A stretch of DNA of 64,000 nucleotides from Bacteriovoracaceae bacterium UBA1511 (GTDB lineage Bacteria > Bdellovibrionota > Bacteriovoracia > Bacteriovoracales > Bacteriovoracaceae). Position numbers and translations under genes: made by a program. The stretch is taken from assembly GCA_002323535.1 (NCBI GenBank), contig DCQT01000033.1:31663-95662 (forward strand), in the 5' to 3' direction. This document shows positions 1 through 9,374 of the stretch, piece after piece (the stretch's first letter is position 1; each line of letters opens with the position of its first letter). The notes under the pieces are model-generated. The model saw only the letters and a program-made list of their open reading frames with translations. It made no database searches and was not told the DNA's origin.

Positions 1-524
1 AAAATTTCCGCCCAAGGTACTCTGCTATTTTTCTTTGCAATTTCTTGTGAAGCCTTAAGACCTTCGGGGTATTTATCATTAATTTGTTTAATGCCTATGG
101 TGATACCAAAATAGAAGCCTTCATCTTTTCCAAATATTAAGTCGACAGTCACGTTATCACTCATTGTAGGGATATTAATTTTTAAGAGCTCTTCTGCTCC
201 TACCCAGGATGGAAATGAGTTATTTCCAGGCAGTGTGGTTATTGGGTCAAAGCCGTCCCAGATATCACCGGTAAATGTAGTAAAATCTGCGATTAACTCA
301 ACAGAAAAGTCATCATTTTCTGTTTTCGGGTAGAGATTCACTTCACCATATTCTTGCTCTTGAATAATTATGGGAAAGTTGCCACTGAAGGGAAGTCCAT
401 AATTTTCAGAGATAGTTGTTTTTGAGATTACTTGATCACTTTCAAAAGAAAGCTCATGGTCTTGGATTAACTTTTTACATCCGACGAGATTGATCGCAAG
501 TGCAATTATTAATAATACTTTCAT
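1..524 (-). CDS. Lipoprotein of unknown function, N-terminal part only (ORF runs off the left edge)
   Basis: Hand translation of the minus strand from ATG (comp. 522-524) gives MKVLLIIALAINLVGCKKLIQDHELSFESDQ..., open down to base 1. LVGC lipobox. GGAGG (comp. 532-536) lies 7 nt upstream. Absent from the ORF track because there is no in-window stop. Confidence 0.55.
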   Translation of the reverse strand, partial: MKVLLIIALAINLVGCKKLIQDHELSFESDQVISKTTISENYGLPFSGNFPIIIQEQEYGEVNLYPKTENDDFSVELIADFTTFTGDIWDGFDPITTLPGNNSFPSWVGAEELLKINIPTMSDNVTVDLIFGKDEGFYFGITIGIKQINDKYPEGLKASQEIAKKNSRVPWAEI

Positions 525-699
525 AGGTAAACCTCCATGTTTAAACGGGAATATTGTTTCATCAATAATATGTTCATGAAATGGAAAAATACTTACATTT
601 GAGAGTGTAATTCCTGGACATTTACTGGTGTTTAGCTAGAAAAATTGATTTTAATGTATTATCAAAGCTTGATCACCAATTAAGACCTAGGAGTCACTG

Positions 700-1794
700 A
701 TGTCAATCAAAGCAGGAATAGACCAAATTACACATATTTTGGCCGTTGGAAGCGGCAAGGGTGGGGTAGGAAAGTCCACTGTGACTACAAACCTTGCAAG
801 ATCTCTTGCTTCAATGGGGAAAAAAGTAGGTCTTTTAGACGCGGACTTGTATGGGCCAAGTCAGCCAAAAATGATGGGTGACCACTCCGCTCCCAAGGGC
901 GATGGTAGTATTATCATTCCCGTGGAAAAGGATGGGGTAAAATTCGTCAGTATGGGTCTTATGAACCCCAGCGGAAAGGCACTTATAATTAGGTCTCCAT
1001 TGGCGATTAAAGCAATTCAGCAGTTTCTACTTGGAGTTGCTTGGGGAGAGCTTGATTATTTACTCATTGATTTACCTCCTGGGACAGGAGACATTCAGCT
1101 AACGCTTGCTCAACAAGCAAAGCTCTCTGGGGCGATCATTGTAACAACTCCTCAACAAGTCGCTAGCGAAATCGCTAAAAAAGGTCTTGAGATGTTTGAG
1201 ACTGTGAATGTGCCTGTAGTAGGAATTATTGAAAATATGAGTGGTTATAGTTGTCCAAAGTGTGATGAGGTCACTCCTATATTTGGCGAAAATGGAGGGA
1301 AGATATTATCAGAGAAGTTTAACGTTCCACTACTTGGCAATATTCCTCTTGATCCTATGATTATGATGGACGCGGATAAGGGCGAGATGAACTACGGCGA
1401 AGATCTGCCTCATATAAGGAAGTTTAAAGAAATCACGAGTAATCTAGATACTGAGCTAACCAAAGCTCAGGAGCAATCAAAGCTATATGAAACAGAGGAA
1501 ATGAATATTACTGACTTGGGGATAAAAATCTCTTGGAGTGATGGGACAACTGTTGAACTTGATGCCCATAAAGTTAGGCTTGAGTGTCCATGTGCGAGCT
1601 GTGTAAACGAACATACTGGTGAGAGGATGATTACATCAGAACAAATTCCTGCGAATATAAAAGTGCTTGGACTTAGTCCTGTCGGAAGGTATGGGGTAGC
1701 GATTAATTTTAGTGATGGCCACAAGACGGGAATTTATAAGTTTAAAACTCTCAAAGAAATGAGCTCCTCAAGCGAAGAGTCTTTTTCTGTTTAA
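700..1794 (+). CDS. apbC: Mrp/NBP35 (ApbC)-family Fe-S cluster carrier ATPase fused to a C-terminal DUF971 domain
   Basis: Deviant Walker A GSGKGGVGKST, LLDADLYGPS, LLIDLPPGTGD and a CPKC motif. C-terminal ~90 aa WSDG..VRLECPCASCVNEHTGER..FSDGHKTGIYKF matches the DUF971 signature. Confidence 0.9.
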   Translation: MSIKAGIDQITHILAVGSGKGGVGKSTVTTNLARSLASMGKKVGLLDADLYGPSQPKMMGDHSAPKGDGSIIIPVEKDGVKFVSMGLMNPSGKALIIRSPLAIKAIQQFLLGVAWGELDYLLIDLPPGTGDIQLTLAQQAKLSGAIIVTTPQQVASEIAKKGLEMFETVNVPVVGIIENMSGYSCPKCDEVTPIFGENGGKILSEKFNVPLLGNIPLDPMIMMDADKGEMNYGEDLPHIRKFKEITSNLDTELTKAQEQSKLYETEEMNITDLGIKISWSDGTTVELDAHKVRLECPCASCVNEHTGERMITSEQIPANIKVLGLSPVGRYGVAINFSDGHKTGIYKFKTLKEMSSSSEESFSV

Positions 1795-1813
1795 CGCACT
1801 TAATGGGTAATTT

Positions 1814-2425
1814 ATGAAAAAATTAGAAATATTGGCCACTCCCTTTGAAGATAAAGATTTATGCCGATTCACTTTAGCGGAAACTCTAGTTGAAAGTGGT
1901 AGTTTTTCTATTCGTAAAGGAGTCAAAACAGACTCAAAGCTTGTAAATAAGGTTTTTGAAATCGAAGGGTTATCTGAAGTAACCGCAGAGTCAAACTATT
2001 TGATCGTAAGAAAGAATTCGGATCAGACATGGAGAGATTTAGGACCTAAGGTGGGCGCTGCACTTCGTGTTGCTCATACTGAGGGGTATTTAAGTTTTCC
2101 TTCTGAAGTATCGACTAGTAATTCAAGTGAAGGACCTAAAGTTAACGAAGAGTTTTTTAAAACAGAGCTTGGAAAAAAAATATGTCAAACTATTGAACTT
2201 AAAATTTCACCAAGTTTAGGAGCTCACGGGGGAAGTGTCGTGCCGGTTGATTTCAAAGAGGGTGTCCTTTATCTAAGTTTTTCTGGTGGTTGCCAGGGAT
2301 GCTCACAGGCGTCAGTCACAGTGAGGGACGGGATCCTTAGAGTTTTAAAAAACGAATTTCATGAAGTTAAAGAGGTTGTAGATATAACTGATCACGGGCA
2401 AGGAACTAATCCATATTATAAATAA
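1814..2425 (+). CDS. Nfu/NifU-type Fe-S cluster scaffold/carrier protein
   Basis: C-terminal GAHGGSVVPVDFKEGVLYLSFSGGCQGCSQASVT carries the NifU C-domain CxxC. Starts 20 nt after the Mrp gene, same strand. Confidence 0.85.
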   Translation: MKKLEILATPFEDKDLCRFTLAETLVESGSFSIRKGVKTDSKLVNKVFEIEGLSEVTAESNYLIVRKNSDQTWRDLGPKVGAALRVAHTEGYLSFPSEVSTSNSSEGPKVNEEFFKTELGKKICQTIELKISPSLGAHGGSVVPVDFKEGVLYLSFSGGCQGCSQASVTVRDGILRVLKNEFHEVKEVVDITDHGQGTNPYYK

Positions 2426-2458
2426 AAAAAAGCCCGTATTAAATACGGGCTTTTTTTT
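2424..2458. terminator. Bidirectional rho-independent terminator between convergent genes
   Basis: A-tract, GCCCGTA (2432-2438), 5-nt loop, TACGGGC (2444-2450), then T8. Sits between the stops of the Nfu gene (+) and the lysine-rich gene (-). Confidence 0.8.
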
Positions 2459-2476
2459 ATTGTTTTATTTGAAGAC

Positions 2477-2974
2477 TTATTTCTTTTTAGCAACTTTCTT
2501 TGAAGAGGTTTTCTTTACAGTAGTGGCTTTTTTCTTAGGAGTGACCTTCTTGGATGTTTTCTTTTTTGCCACTTTTTTTGCCGCTTTTTTTGTCGTTTTC
2601 TTTTTGGAGGCAGCTTTCTTCTTTGTCGCTTTTTTCTTTGTCGAGGTTGGTTGACCTGTAGCTTTTCGAATATGTTCTTCGACAGTTCTTTTCATTTTCT
2701 CAAGTTCATCAAGTTGATTTTTGAAAATCTTTTTGGTCTTTTCAATTTCCTCTTTGAAAAACTTTTCCATGCTTTTAACTTCTTGCTTATAACTCTTTTT
2801 AATTTCGTTAATAGGCTGATTGAGCATGGCTTCGATTTGTTTTGTTCTTTTAGCTCTTAATTTTTGCATTTCGCTCAGAACTTTTTTTACATCATCTTTT
2901 TTTGCGAGAGCTTGAAAATTCTCTTCAATCTTTTTAAATGTTTTTTGCAGTTTCTTTTTAACAATATTACTCAT
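2477..2974 (-). CDS. Lysine-rich histone H1-like / nucleoid-associated protein with coiled-coil N-terminal half
   Basis: C-terminal ~60 aa of KKKATKKKAASKKKTTKKAAKKVAKKK repeats. The N-terminal half is charged and helical. Confidence 0.6.
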   Translation of the reverse strand: MSNIVKKKLQKTFKKIEENFQALAKKDDVKKVLSEMQKLRAKRTKQIEAMLNQPINEIKKSYKQEVKSMEKFFKEEIEKTKKIFKNQLDELEKMKRTVEEHIRKATGQPTSTKKKATKKKAASKKKTTKKAAKKVAKKKTSKKVTPKKKATTVKKTSSKKVAKKK

Positions 2975-3092
2975 AATCAGTCTCCAGCTATGATTTTATC
3001 TAAACATAACTCTGTTTTGGGTTTTATGCAATAGGTTAATTTGTTGTGAAAACTTTACAGTGCTTAATGTCGTGTTTGATTTACAAAAAATA

Positions 3093-3120
3093 TTGACGTA
3101 GTCTTGTTAGGGTAATAATT
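3093..3120 (+). promoter_or_regulatory. Candidate sigma70-type promoter for the XRE regulator gene
   Basis: TTGACG (3093-3098), 16-nt spacer, ATAATT (3115-3120), about 25 nt upstream of the ATG at 3145. Confidence 0.35.
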
Positions 3121-3144
3121 TATAGGCGTTAAAGGCGGTCTCGA

Positions 3145-3393
3145 ATGGATCTTGAAAATAAACTTAAAAAGGTGAGAAAATCTCAAAAGGTCACGCAGCT
3201 AGAACTAGCACAACAGGTAGGCGTAAGTAGGCAATCGATCTATGCCATAGAAGCTAGTAAGTCAGAGCCAAGTTTAAGCCTTGCCTTGAAAATCTCTAAG
3301 GTATTATCAGTACCTGTTGACGAAATTTTCTGGCTTTCAGGTGAAAAGCACACTGGTCTGGGTGAAGAAATTTCACCATTTACTATTTTTTAG
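3145..3393 (+). CDS. XRE-family helix-turn-helix transcriptional regulator
   Basis: KVTQLELAQQVGVSRQSIYAIEASKSEPSLSLALKISKVLSVPVDEIF is a typical Cro/C1 HTH. Confidence 0.85.
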   Translation: MDLENKLKKVRKSQKVTQLELAQQVGVSRQSIYAIEASKSEPSLSLALKISKVLSVPVDEIFWLSGEKHTGLGEEISPFTIF

Positions 3394-3495
3394 TCATAGC
3401 AGTGTTATATTTTTGAGGTTTTAGTAATTTTTTGCTAGATTCGCGGCAATATTTAATTTAACTTAATAATTCGGCTTTAAACTTAGGGATTTTTA

Positions 3496-3705
3496 ATGAG
3501 CAAGCATTCAAACATTGAATTAAAAATAAAAGATGGTATTCCAGCGGAAAAGGTTATTCGTAAATTCAAGAGGTTATGCGACCTGTATGGGGTAACAAAA
3601 GAATACAGGAAGAGAAAGGAATATCAAAAGCCTTCAATTAAAAAGAAGGAAAAGCTTAAGGCATCTGAAAAAAGAAGAAATAAGTCCACTAGAAGAAGCT
3701 TCTAA
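3496..3705 (+). CDS. rpsU: 30S ribosomal protein S21
   Basis: 69 aa, basic. EKVIRKFKRLCDLYGVTKEYRKRKEYQKPSIKKKEK matches the bS21 pattern. Confidence 0.9.
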   Translation: MSKHSNIELKIKDGIPAEKVIRKFKRLCDLYGVTKEYRKRKEYQKPSIKKKEKLKASEKRRNKSTRRSF

Positions 3706-3713
3706 CAACTATA

Positions 3714-4343
3714 CTAAATAATTGATTTAATAAACCTGACAGATGTATCCACTGCCTCTGTCAGGTTTTCTTTTATTGTTTTTCCTGATTTCTTACGTGG
3801 CTTTAAGTCGTGGTCACCATCAAAATAAAACTCTATACCAATACTCTTTTTAAGCGCTTGATTTTTAAGCCACTCTTTTTTCCCAAATGGGTCACGATCC
3901 CCTTGATTAATAAGAATTTTTGAATAAATGGAGTTATTTAGGGCTTCAATCCTGGAGGTATCTTCTTTTCCTGGTGAGCAAAATGGGAAACCAAAGCAGA
4001 TGACTCCTTTTGCCTCTAATATATCAGAACTAGTGCAAACTCTTGAGCCCATTGATTTTCCTCCTAAAAATAAGTCACCTTCAACCTCTCCATGGGAGCG
4101 GCAGCTTGATATGACCTCTTCCAGATGTTTTAGAAGTTTAGGCATTCTATCTGGTGGAAATTTTTTGTTCTCGGTGAACCTTCTTTCCATGTAGGCGAAG
4201 TTAAATCTTATAACCTTGATATCCCTCTCTGTGAACAGGTTAGCCACAGTGGTCATCCACTCCGAGTTCATTGGCGCGCCGGCGCCATGGGCAAATAAAA
4301 GGGTTGAAATAGGGTTCTTTGGGCGATTAATCATTAAGTTCAT
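3714..4343 (-). CDS. Alpha/beta-fold hydrolase (KANL3/Tex30-like, COG3571-type)
   Basis: LLFAHGAGAPMNSEWM, nucleophile elbow GGKSMGSR, GDRDPFG and GDHDL. Confidence 0.75.
   Translation of the reverse strand: MNLMINRPKNPISTLLFAHGAGAPMNSEWMTTVANLFTERDIKVIRFNFAYMERRFTENKKFPPDRMPKLLKHLEEVISSCRSHGEVEGDLFLGGKSMGSRVCTSSDILEAKGVICFGFPFCSPGKEDTSRIEALNNSIYSKILINQGDRDPFGKKEWLKNQALKKSIGIEFYFDGDHDLKPRKKSGKTIKENLTEAVDTSVRFIKSII
3734..3775 (+). terminator. Rho-independent terminator of rpsU, overlapping the 3' end of the convergent hydrolase gene
   Basis: ACCTGACAG (3734-3742) pairs with CTGTCAGGT (3758-3766), followed by TTTTCTTTT. Confidence 0.6.
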
Positions 4344-4459
4344 GGAAAACAGATTATCGCCTTTGGGTTAATGCGAAAACATTTTAAAGGGTTAGGTAGG
4401 CAATAAGATCTTACAACTGGCTTGCAAATCAAAGGGGATTTAGATTATAAGTACCCGAA

Positions 4460-4909
4460 ATGAAAATCGCTACAAATCATATTTCTTCATCAAACTCCAA
4501 GTTCAAGCTTGGGCACCGTGCTTTTGATCGAATCGGGCTATTCTTGAGTGTTTTGTGTGGTGTTCACTGTCTTTTAACACCATTTATTCTGGTTTCAGCT
4601 CCTTGGTTATCAAATATTATTGGTAACGAGACCTTTCATGTGGTGATGTTATCTTTTGTCATCCCCGTTGCTGTCTTAAGTATTGTTCAAAATAATGGAG
4701 TTAAGGGAAAGGTTCTTAAAGTGATGCTCTCTGGAATATTTCTTCTCGTTTTGGGTGTGTTTGTTCACTATACTCATCATACACATGGTGAGAATCATTA
4801 TCTTAAGGACTTTGTACTTGAGAACTTATTTACAATGACAGGAGGGGCATTGTTGTTTTTTGCTCACCTTAAAAAGTTAAAAAATTGTCGTTGTACTCAT
4901 TCTCACTAA
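4460..4909 (+). CDS. MerC-like metal-binding membrane protein
   Basis: Four hydrophobic segments. LCGVHCLLTPF resembles the MerC-family Cys motif. His-rich loop HYTHHTHGENH and C-terminal CRCTHSH. Confidence 0.45.
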   Translation: MKIATNHISSSNSKFKLGHRAFDRIGLFLSVLCGVHCLLTPFILVSAPWLSNIIGNETFHVVMLSFVIPVAVLSIVQNNGVKGKVLKVMLSGIFLLVLGVFVHYTHHTHGENHYLKDFVLENLFTMTGGALLFFAHLKKLKNCRCTHSH

Positions 4910-6366
4910 TCTAGCTTAATTTTTGAGGATAATTCGCTCCATAGGAGATTTTTATCTCTGGCGCGGATTTTTAGACTCGTAGTCTGTTCAGCAAGCTTTT
5001 TTCCAGTATTAATAAGAATGTTTCCTAAATTATTTTTGACAATAAACCCTTGTTGATCATTTCGCTCATTAATGCGGTAGTTTTTTTCACCTTTTTTAGT
5101 TTGTAAAACTACTTCGATACTTAAATAATTTTGGTTCTCAAGGCTTATTGCAACTCCTCTTCTTGTTTTTTTTACAAAGTTTAATTTAGGAGTATCTGGT
5201 TTTTTTGAGTCATAGTTAAGAGAGTAGCTATCCACTAACTTTGTCTTGTTGAAGTTTTGATCATACGAGAAGTATTTATGAGTAATTTTATTTTCAGTAA
5301 TATCAAAAATAGACCAGCCTGCACTAGAACTGTTGATCATCATATGATCATAATCTTTACTTGATCTTTTCCAATAATCAATTTTTCCTCCAAGAGGCCC
5401 AGCAATTATATTTGTTACATTATTGTTTGGATAATGTCCTCTTGAATAGGCGTGGGTGTGGCCGTTGATAATGATGATATGCCCAGCAAAGTCCTCTGAG
5501 AACCTCTGTACCACTTGCTCTATTTTTTTGGAGTACGCTTTTTCTCCCCTCGGCCAAACCTCGGAGAATGCAGGGTGGTGATATTGAATGAATATAAATT
5601 TCATTCCTTTATCTTTAGCGTTGTTAAGAGTGAGATTTAACCACTCTAGTTGAGATCTTTTTCTTCGTCCAAATGTACTGGATAAAGTAATAAAACGACT
5701 TGTAAGCTGATCAAAATACTTAGGGTCATCATCATCTTTACCATTATAAAAGTAATTCCAGAAAAACTTCGAGTTATACTCATGGTTTCCGATTGCAGCA
5801 ACAATAGGGACTCTATTAAGGATATTTCTTAATGGATAAAAAAATTGTTTTTTCCAGAGTGAATGTCTGTAACCTCTTTGAACAAGATCTCCTGGAAATA
5901 GAAAAAATGCCACGGGAGATACCTTTCTTTGCTCACTTTGAAAAAAAACTTCAGGAAGAATAGATTTATTTACAATATCTTCACTTAATTTATTACCTCT
6001 CTGTGAATCACTAACTAGGATAAAGGAAAAGTTCTTATTTTCAGAAGATCGGGTATTAAATCTAAATATACCTGTGCTTCTTGAGTCATTCTTTAATTCA
6101 TAGAAATAAGTTTCACCAGGGGAAAGGTTATCGGCTATAACTCTGAAAAGTCTCAAGGGCTTTTTCCCTAGCCTGTATTTTGTGAAGATATGCTCAGGCT
6201 GAAAGGATAGCACTGAGTTATTTGGCCCTGACAAATTTAACTGATAGTCATCTGCAGACTCCCAGCGTATCTCAACACTACTTTCTGTTAGTCTTAACAA
6301 ATAGGGAAGAGGGGATGAGAAAGCCGTGGAAATTAATAAAGAAATAAATATAAAGTACTTTAACAT
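4906..6366 (-). CDS. Secreted metallophosphoesterase (purple-acid-phosphatase-like)
   Basis: Signal peptide. Calcineurin-like motifs GDLVQRG, GNHEY, YHHP and NGHTHAYSRG. Confidence 0.85.
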   Translation of the reverse strand: MLKYFIFISLLISTAFSSPLPYLLRLTESSVEIRWESADDYQLNLSGPNNSVLSFQPEHIFTKYRLGKKPLRLFRVIADNLSPGETYFYELKNDSRSTGIFRFNTRSSENKNFSFILVSDSQRGNKLSEDIVNKSILPEVFFQSEQRKVSPVAFFLFPGDLVQRGYRHSLWKKQFFYPLRNILNRVPIVAAIGNHEYNSKFFWNYFYNGKDDDDPKYFDQLTSRFITLSSTFGRRKRSQLEWLNLTLNNAKDKGMKFIFIQYHHPAFSEVWPRGEKAYSKKIEQVVQRFSEDFAGHIIIINGHTHAYSRGHYPNNNVTNIIAGPLGGKIDYWKRSSKDYDHMMINSSSAGWSIFDITENKITHKYFSYDQNFNKTKLVDSYSLNYDSKKPDTPKLNFVKKTRRGVAISLENQNYLSIEVVLQTKKGEKNYRINERNDQQGFIVKNNLGNILINTGKKLAEQTTSLKIRARDKNLLWSELSSKIKLD

Positions 6367-6448
6367 TTGATAAACATCCTTGTTCAGAGATAATTTTAAG
6401 AAGACTTAGACAGATGATAAAGTTAGAAATTGATAAGGATGGAAAAAT

Positions 6449-7207
6449 ATGTTGAGTGTTTATCTTGGTTTATTTGTTTTTTTTCAGATTGGCTTTCTGT
6501 TTTACCTTTTTAACAAGAAACTTCATACGGTTGACCTCTTATGGGGTCTAGCTCATGGGGTGGTTGGCTTGGGAGCCTACTTCTTCATAGATAAATCGTG
6601 GGCAGGTGATGAGCTGGCTTTTTTAGGACTGATTTTAGGGTGGAGCTTTAGGCTTTATGTTTACCTACTAATAAGAAACTGGGGAAAGCCAGATGACCGT
6701 CGTTACCTTGAACTGGCGTCAAAGTGGAGAGGAAGCATCTTTTTAAACGCTTATTTCAGAATCTTTTTTGTTCAAATGATTTTGTCTGGAGTTACCTCTT
6801 TATCGATATTGCTCGGGCTAAGCTCAGATTATAAAGGAAGTTTTCAATTATTATTTTTTGTCGGTTTTTTCGTAAGTATTTTTGGCCTGTTTTATGAAAC
6901 TGTGGCGGATCTTCAGTTGTACTTCTTTAAGAAAAGTAACCCAGGTAAAAGGCTTTATGGAGTAGGACTTTATAAATTTTCGAGGCACCCCAATTATTTT
7001 GGAGAAATCCTTTTTTGGTGGGGAGTTTATGCTATGGCATTACACATAGGGGCACCATGGTGGGTGGTTGTATCCCCAATCACAATTAATTGGCTGATTG
7101 TTAACTTTTCAGGAGTACCATTTCATAAAAAGAAGTCAGATGATCAAAATTTTAATAATTATCTAAATTCAACCAATGCGGTAATTCCAAATTTTTTTAA
7201 AGGTTAA
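6449..7207 (+). CDS. DUF1295 / steroid 5-alpha-reductase-like membrane protein
   Basis: Polytopic. YKFSRHPNYFGEILFWWG is the family signature. Confidence 0.8.
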   Translation: MLSVYLGLFVFFQIGFLFYLFNKKLHTVDLLWGLAHGVVGLGAYFFIDKSWAGDELAFLGLILGWSFRLYVYLLIRNWGKPDDRRYLELASKWRGSIFLNAYFRIFFVQMILSGVTSLSILLGLSSDYKGSFQLLFFVGFFVSIFGLFYETVADLQLYFFKKSNPGKRLYGVGLYKFSRHPNYFGEILFWWGVYAMALHIGAPWWVVVSPITINWLIVNFSGVPFHKKKSDDQNFNNYLNSTNAVIPNFFKG

Positions 7208-7212
7208 TTGAT

Positions 7213-7845
7213 ATGGGAAAATTTTATTCAAAAGATTTCGACGAAATGGAAAAATTTTATCGAGCTAAATTTATCAATTCACTATCAGGTATAAAAAGTG
7301 CAAACCTTGTAGGAACAGTGGATGAAAACGGCCAAGAAAACCTCAGCATTGTAAGCTCAGTCGTTCATATTGGAGCTAATCCCGCATTGATGGCAATTAT
7401 TTTTAGACCAGCGACAGTGCCAAGGCATACATTTGAAAATATAAGAGACACGAAAGTCTTTACAATAAACCATGTTAAATCAGATTTTTTTAAGAAGGCT
7501 CATCAAACCTCAGCAAGATATGAAAAATCAATGTCAGAGTTTGAGGCAGTTGGTTTGAATACTGACTACGTCGAAGGGGTTGAGGCTCCATTTGTAAAAG
7601 AATCTCTTTTGAAAATTGGTCTAAAGTTAAGAGAAATTATCCACCTTGATATAAATAAAACGGAACTCGTTATTGGAGAGGTCATGTTTGTTGACGTCGC
7701 AGACAATTATATTGAGGAGGACGGGTACATAGATATAGAAGCTTTAGGCAGTGTAGGTGTAACTGGTCTAGACTCTTACCATGAGCTAAAAGAGGCAACC
7801 CGACTTAGCTACGCAAAGCCGGGCCAGGAAGTTAAAGAGTTGTGA
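7213..7845 (+). CDS. Flavin reductase-like (FMN-binding split-barrel) domain protein
   Basis: ANLVGTVDENGQENLSIVSSVVHIGANPALM resembles the flavin-reductase-like domain. Motif-level call only. Confidence 0.55.
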   Translation: MGKFYSKDFDEMEKFYRAKFINSLSGIKSANLVGTVDENGQENLSIVSSVVHIGANPALMAIIFRPATVPRHTFENIRDTKVFTINHVKSDFFKKAHQTSARYEKSMSEFEAVGLNTDYVEGVEAPFVKESLLKIGLKLREIIHLDINKTELVIGEVMFVDVADNYIEEDGYIDIEALGSVGVTGLDSYHELKEATRLSYAKPGQEVKEL

Positions 7846-7848
7846 AGC

Positions 7849-8802
7849 CTACGCCGTGACCGGCTTCCCAATAAAATTTACGCCTTGTCCAATCTCAGAA
7901 AGTGCATCAAATACGTTCGAATATAAAAACTCATGGCCTAGATCACTTAATGCCTTTGCTTTTATATTTTGAGAGTCAAGGATTATTGAGGACATTTCAC
8001 CGAATATCAGTTTCAACATTTGGGGAGGGACAGGGAAAAGAGCGGGTCTACCAACTGCTTGAGCGAGTGCTTTTGTAAATTCTTTATTGGTGGTTACTTC
8101 AGGGGAGACAGCATTAACAATGCCTTTGTAATTTTCATTGCCAATTGCTTGGATGTAAATATTTACTAAGTCTTTTACATGGATCCAACTCATTATTTGC
8201 TTGCCGTTTCCAATAGGGCCTCCGCCACCAAGTTTGAAAACAGGAAGGAGTTTCTCTAGAGCACCTCCTGTGCTTCCGAATACCACACCAACTCTGGTTA
8301 TCAGTGTCCTTTTGGCTTTGGTTAATTTATTTGCCTCGGTCTCCCAATCTTCACACACCCTTGATAGAAAACCTTTTCCATGAATTGAAGATTCCTCTAA
8401 TTCATCTGGTAAGTTAGCTTCATAAATACCGACAGCACTGGTGGAGATAAATAGATCGAGGTCGTTTTTGAGATGTTGCTCTATTCCTCTAACTAAGTTT
8501 CTTGTACCAAGAATTCTTGAATTATAAATTTTATCTTTTTGATCATCAGACCATCTTGCGGCACTAATATTTTCTCCGAGTAAATTGATTACAACATCAA
8601 TTGGATTTCCACTGATTGTAGTAAAAGCTTCTTGAGGAGTAGGTTCCATTAGAGGGTTCCAGGCAACGAACTTCACGTCTCGCCTCATTTGATATTTTTT
8701 TGTGTTCCTTGTTACTACGACTACTTCATGGCCGTTTTTAAGTAATTCTTTTTGTAAGTATTTACCTACAAATCCTGTGCCGCCGGTTATAAGTACGTTC
8801 AT
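7849..8802 (-). CDS. TIGR01777-family NAD-dependent epimerase/dehydratase (YfcH/SDR39U1-like, with DUF1731)
   Basis: MNVLITGGTGFVGKYL Rossmann motif. C-terminal PALFPVPPQMLKLIFGEMSSIILDSQ..LGHEFLY is DUF1731-like. I prefer the start at ATG 8802 rather than the ORF-track 8862. Confidence 0.85.
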   Translation of the reverse strand: MNVLITGGTGFVGKYLQKELLKNGHEVVVVTRNTKKYQMRRDVKFVAWNPLMEPTPQEAFTTISGNPIDVVINLLGENISAARWSDDQKDKIYNSRILGTRNLVRGIEQHLKNDLDLFISTSAVGIYEANLPDELEESSIHGKGFLSRVCEDWETEANKLTKAKRTLITRVGVVFGSTGGALEKLLPVFKLGGGGPIGNGKQIMSWIHVKDLVNIYIQAIGNENYKGIVNAVSPEVTTNKEFTKALAQAVGRPALFPVPPQMLKLIFGEMSSIILDSQNIKAKALSDLGHEFLYSNVFDALSEIGQGVNFIGKPVTA

Positions 8803-8992
8803 GTGAATACCTTTGAATTTAGTAATATTCTTAATTATATCTAGGCTAGGTTTAGTTAACAATAAACGCAGGCTAGACCTAAAGAAAAAATTTTAGATAA
8901 ATTTTATTTAATTAATTTCAGTCACTTAGCTTTTCTCCACAAGAGATAATTTTGAATCTCATATTAACCCTTAGGTCTGTCGATAAGAATTA

Positions 8993-9364
8993 ATGCTCAA
9001 AAATATTTTTACAATATTACTTCTTCTCTCCTTGAGTAACCTTTATGCAGAAGATTACTTTTTTAAAGGGGTTCGTGTGCCTTTGGACAAGCATGGAGAT
9101 TATGCACTCATTTCGAAAGAGTGTGTCAATTGCATGGCAAAGAGGGCACTAAAAGAAATTACACCGATGGAGAACTATGGAATTATGGCAATTGGTGCGC
9201 CGGGTGCAAAACTTTGCATGAGTATTGAGGGAGCTAAATATGAAATATTTGACTCTAAGCTTGGGCAGCAGGGGTTTTGTTTATTCTCTGATGGAAGTTA
9301 CGTGGATACAGATGGTTTAATGTATTTTTCAGACCCTTCGAATAAAAAAAAGATAGATAATTGA
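8993..9364 (+). CDS. Small secreted Cys-containing protein, DUF333-like
   Basis: Signal peptide. GAPGAKLCMSIEGAKYEIFDSKLGQQGFCLFSDGSYVD resembles the DUF333 pattern. Ends 10 nt before the next gene. Confidence 0.4.
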   Translation: MLKNIFTILLLLSLSNLYAEDYFFKGVRVPLDKHGDYALISKECVNCMAKRALKEITPMENYGIMAIGAPGAKLCMSIEGAKYEIFDSKLGQQGFCLFSDGSYVDTDGLMYFSDPSNKKKIDN

Positions 9365-9374
9365 GGAGTAAGGG

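Noticed and set aside
2460-2860. Plus-strand ORFs 2460-2654 and 2651-2860 (Phe-rich peptides), and the repetitive T/G-rich DNA at 2480-2650
   Set aside because: They are antisense shadows of the lysine-rich gene: AAG/AAA codons read as TTT/CTT on the other strand. The apparent DNA repeat is simply the coding low-complexity KKxA tail, not a non-coding repeat array.
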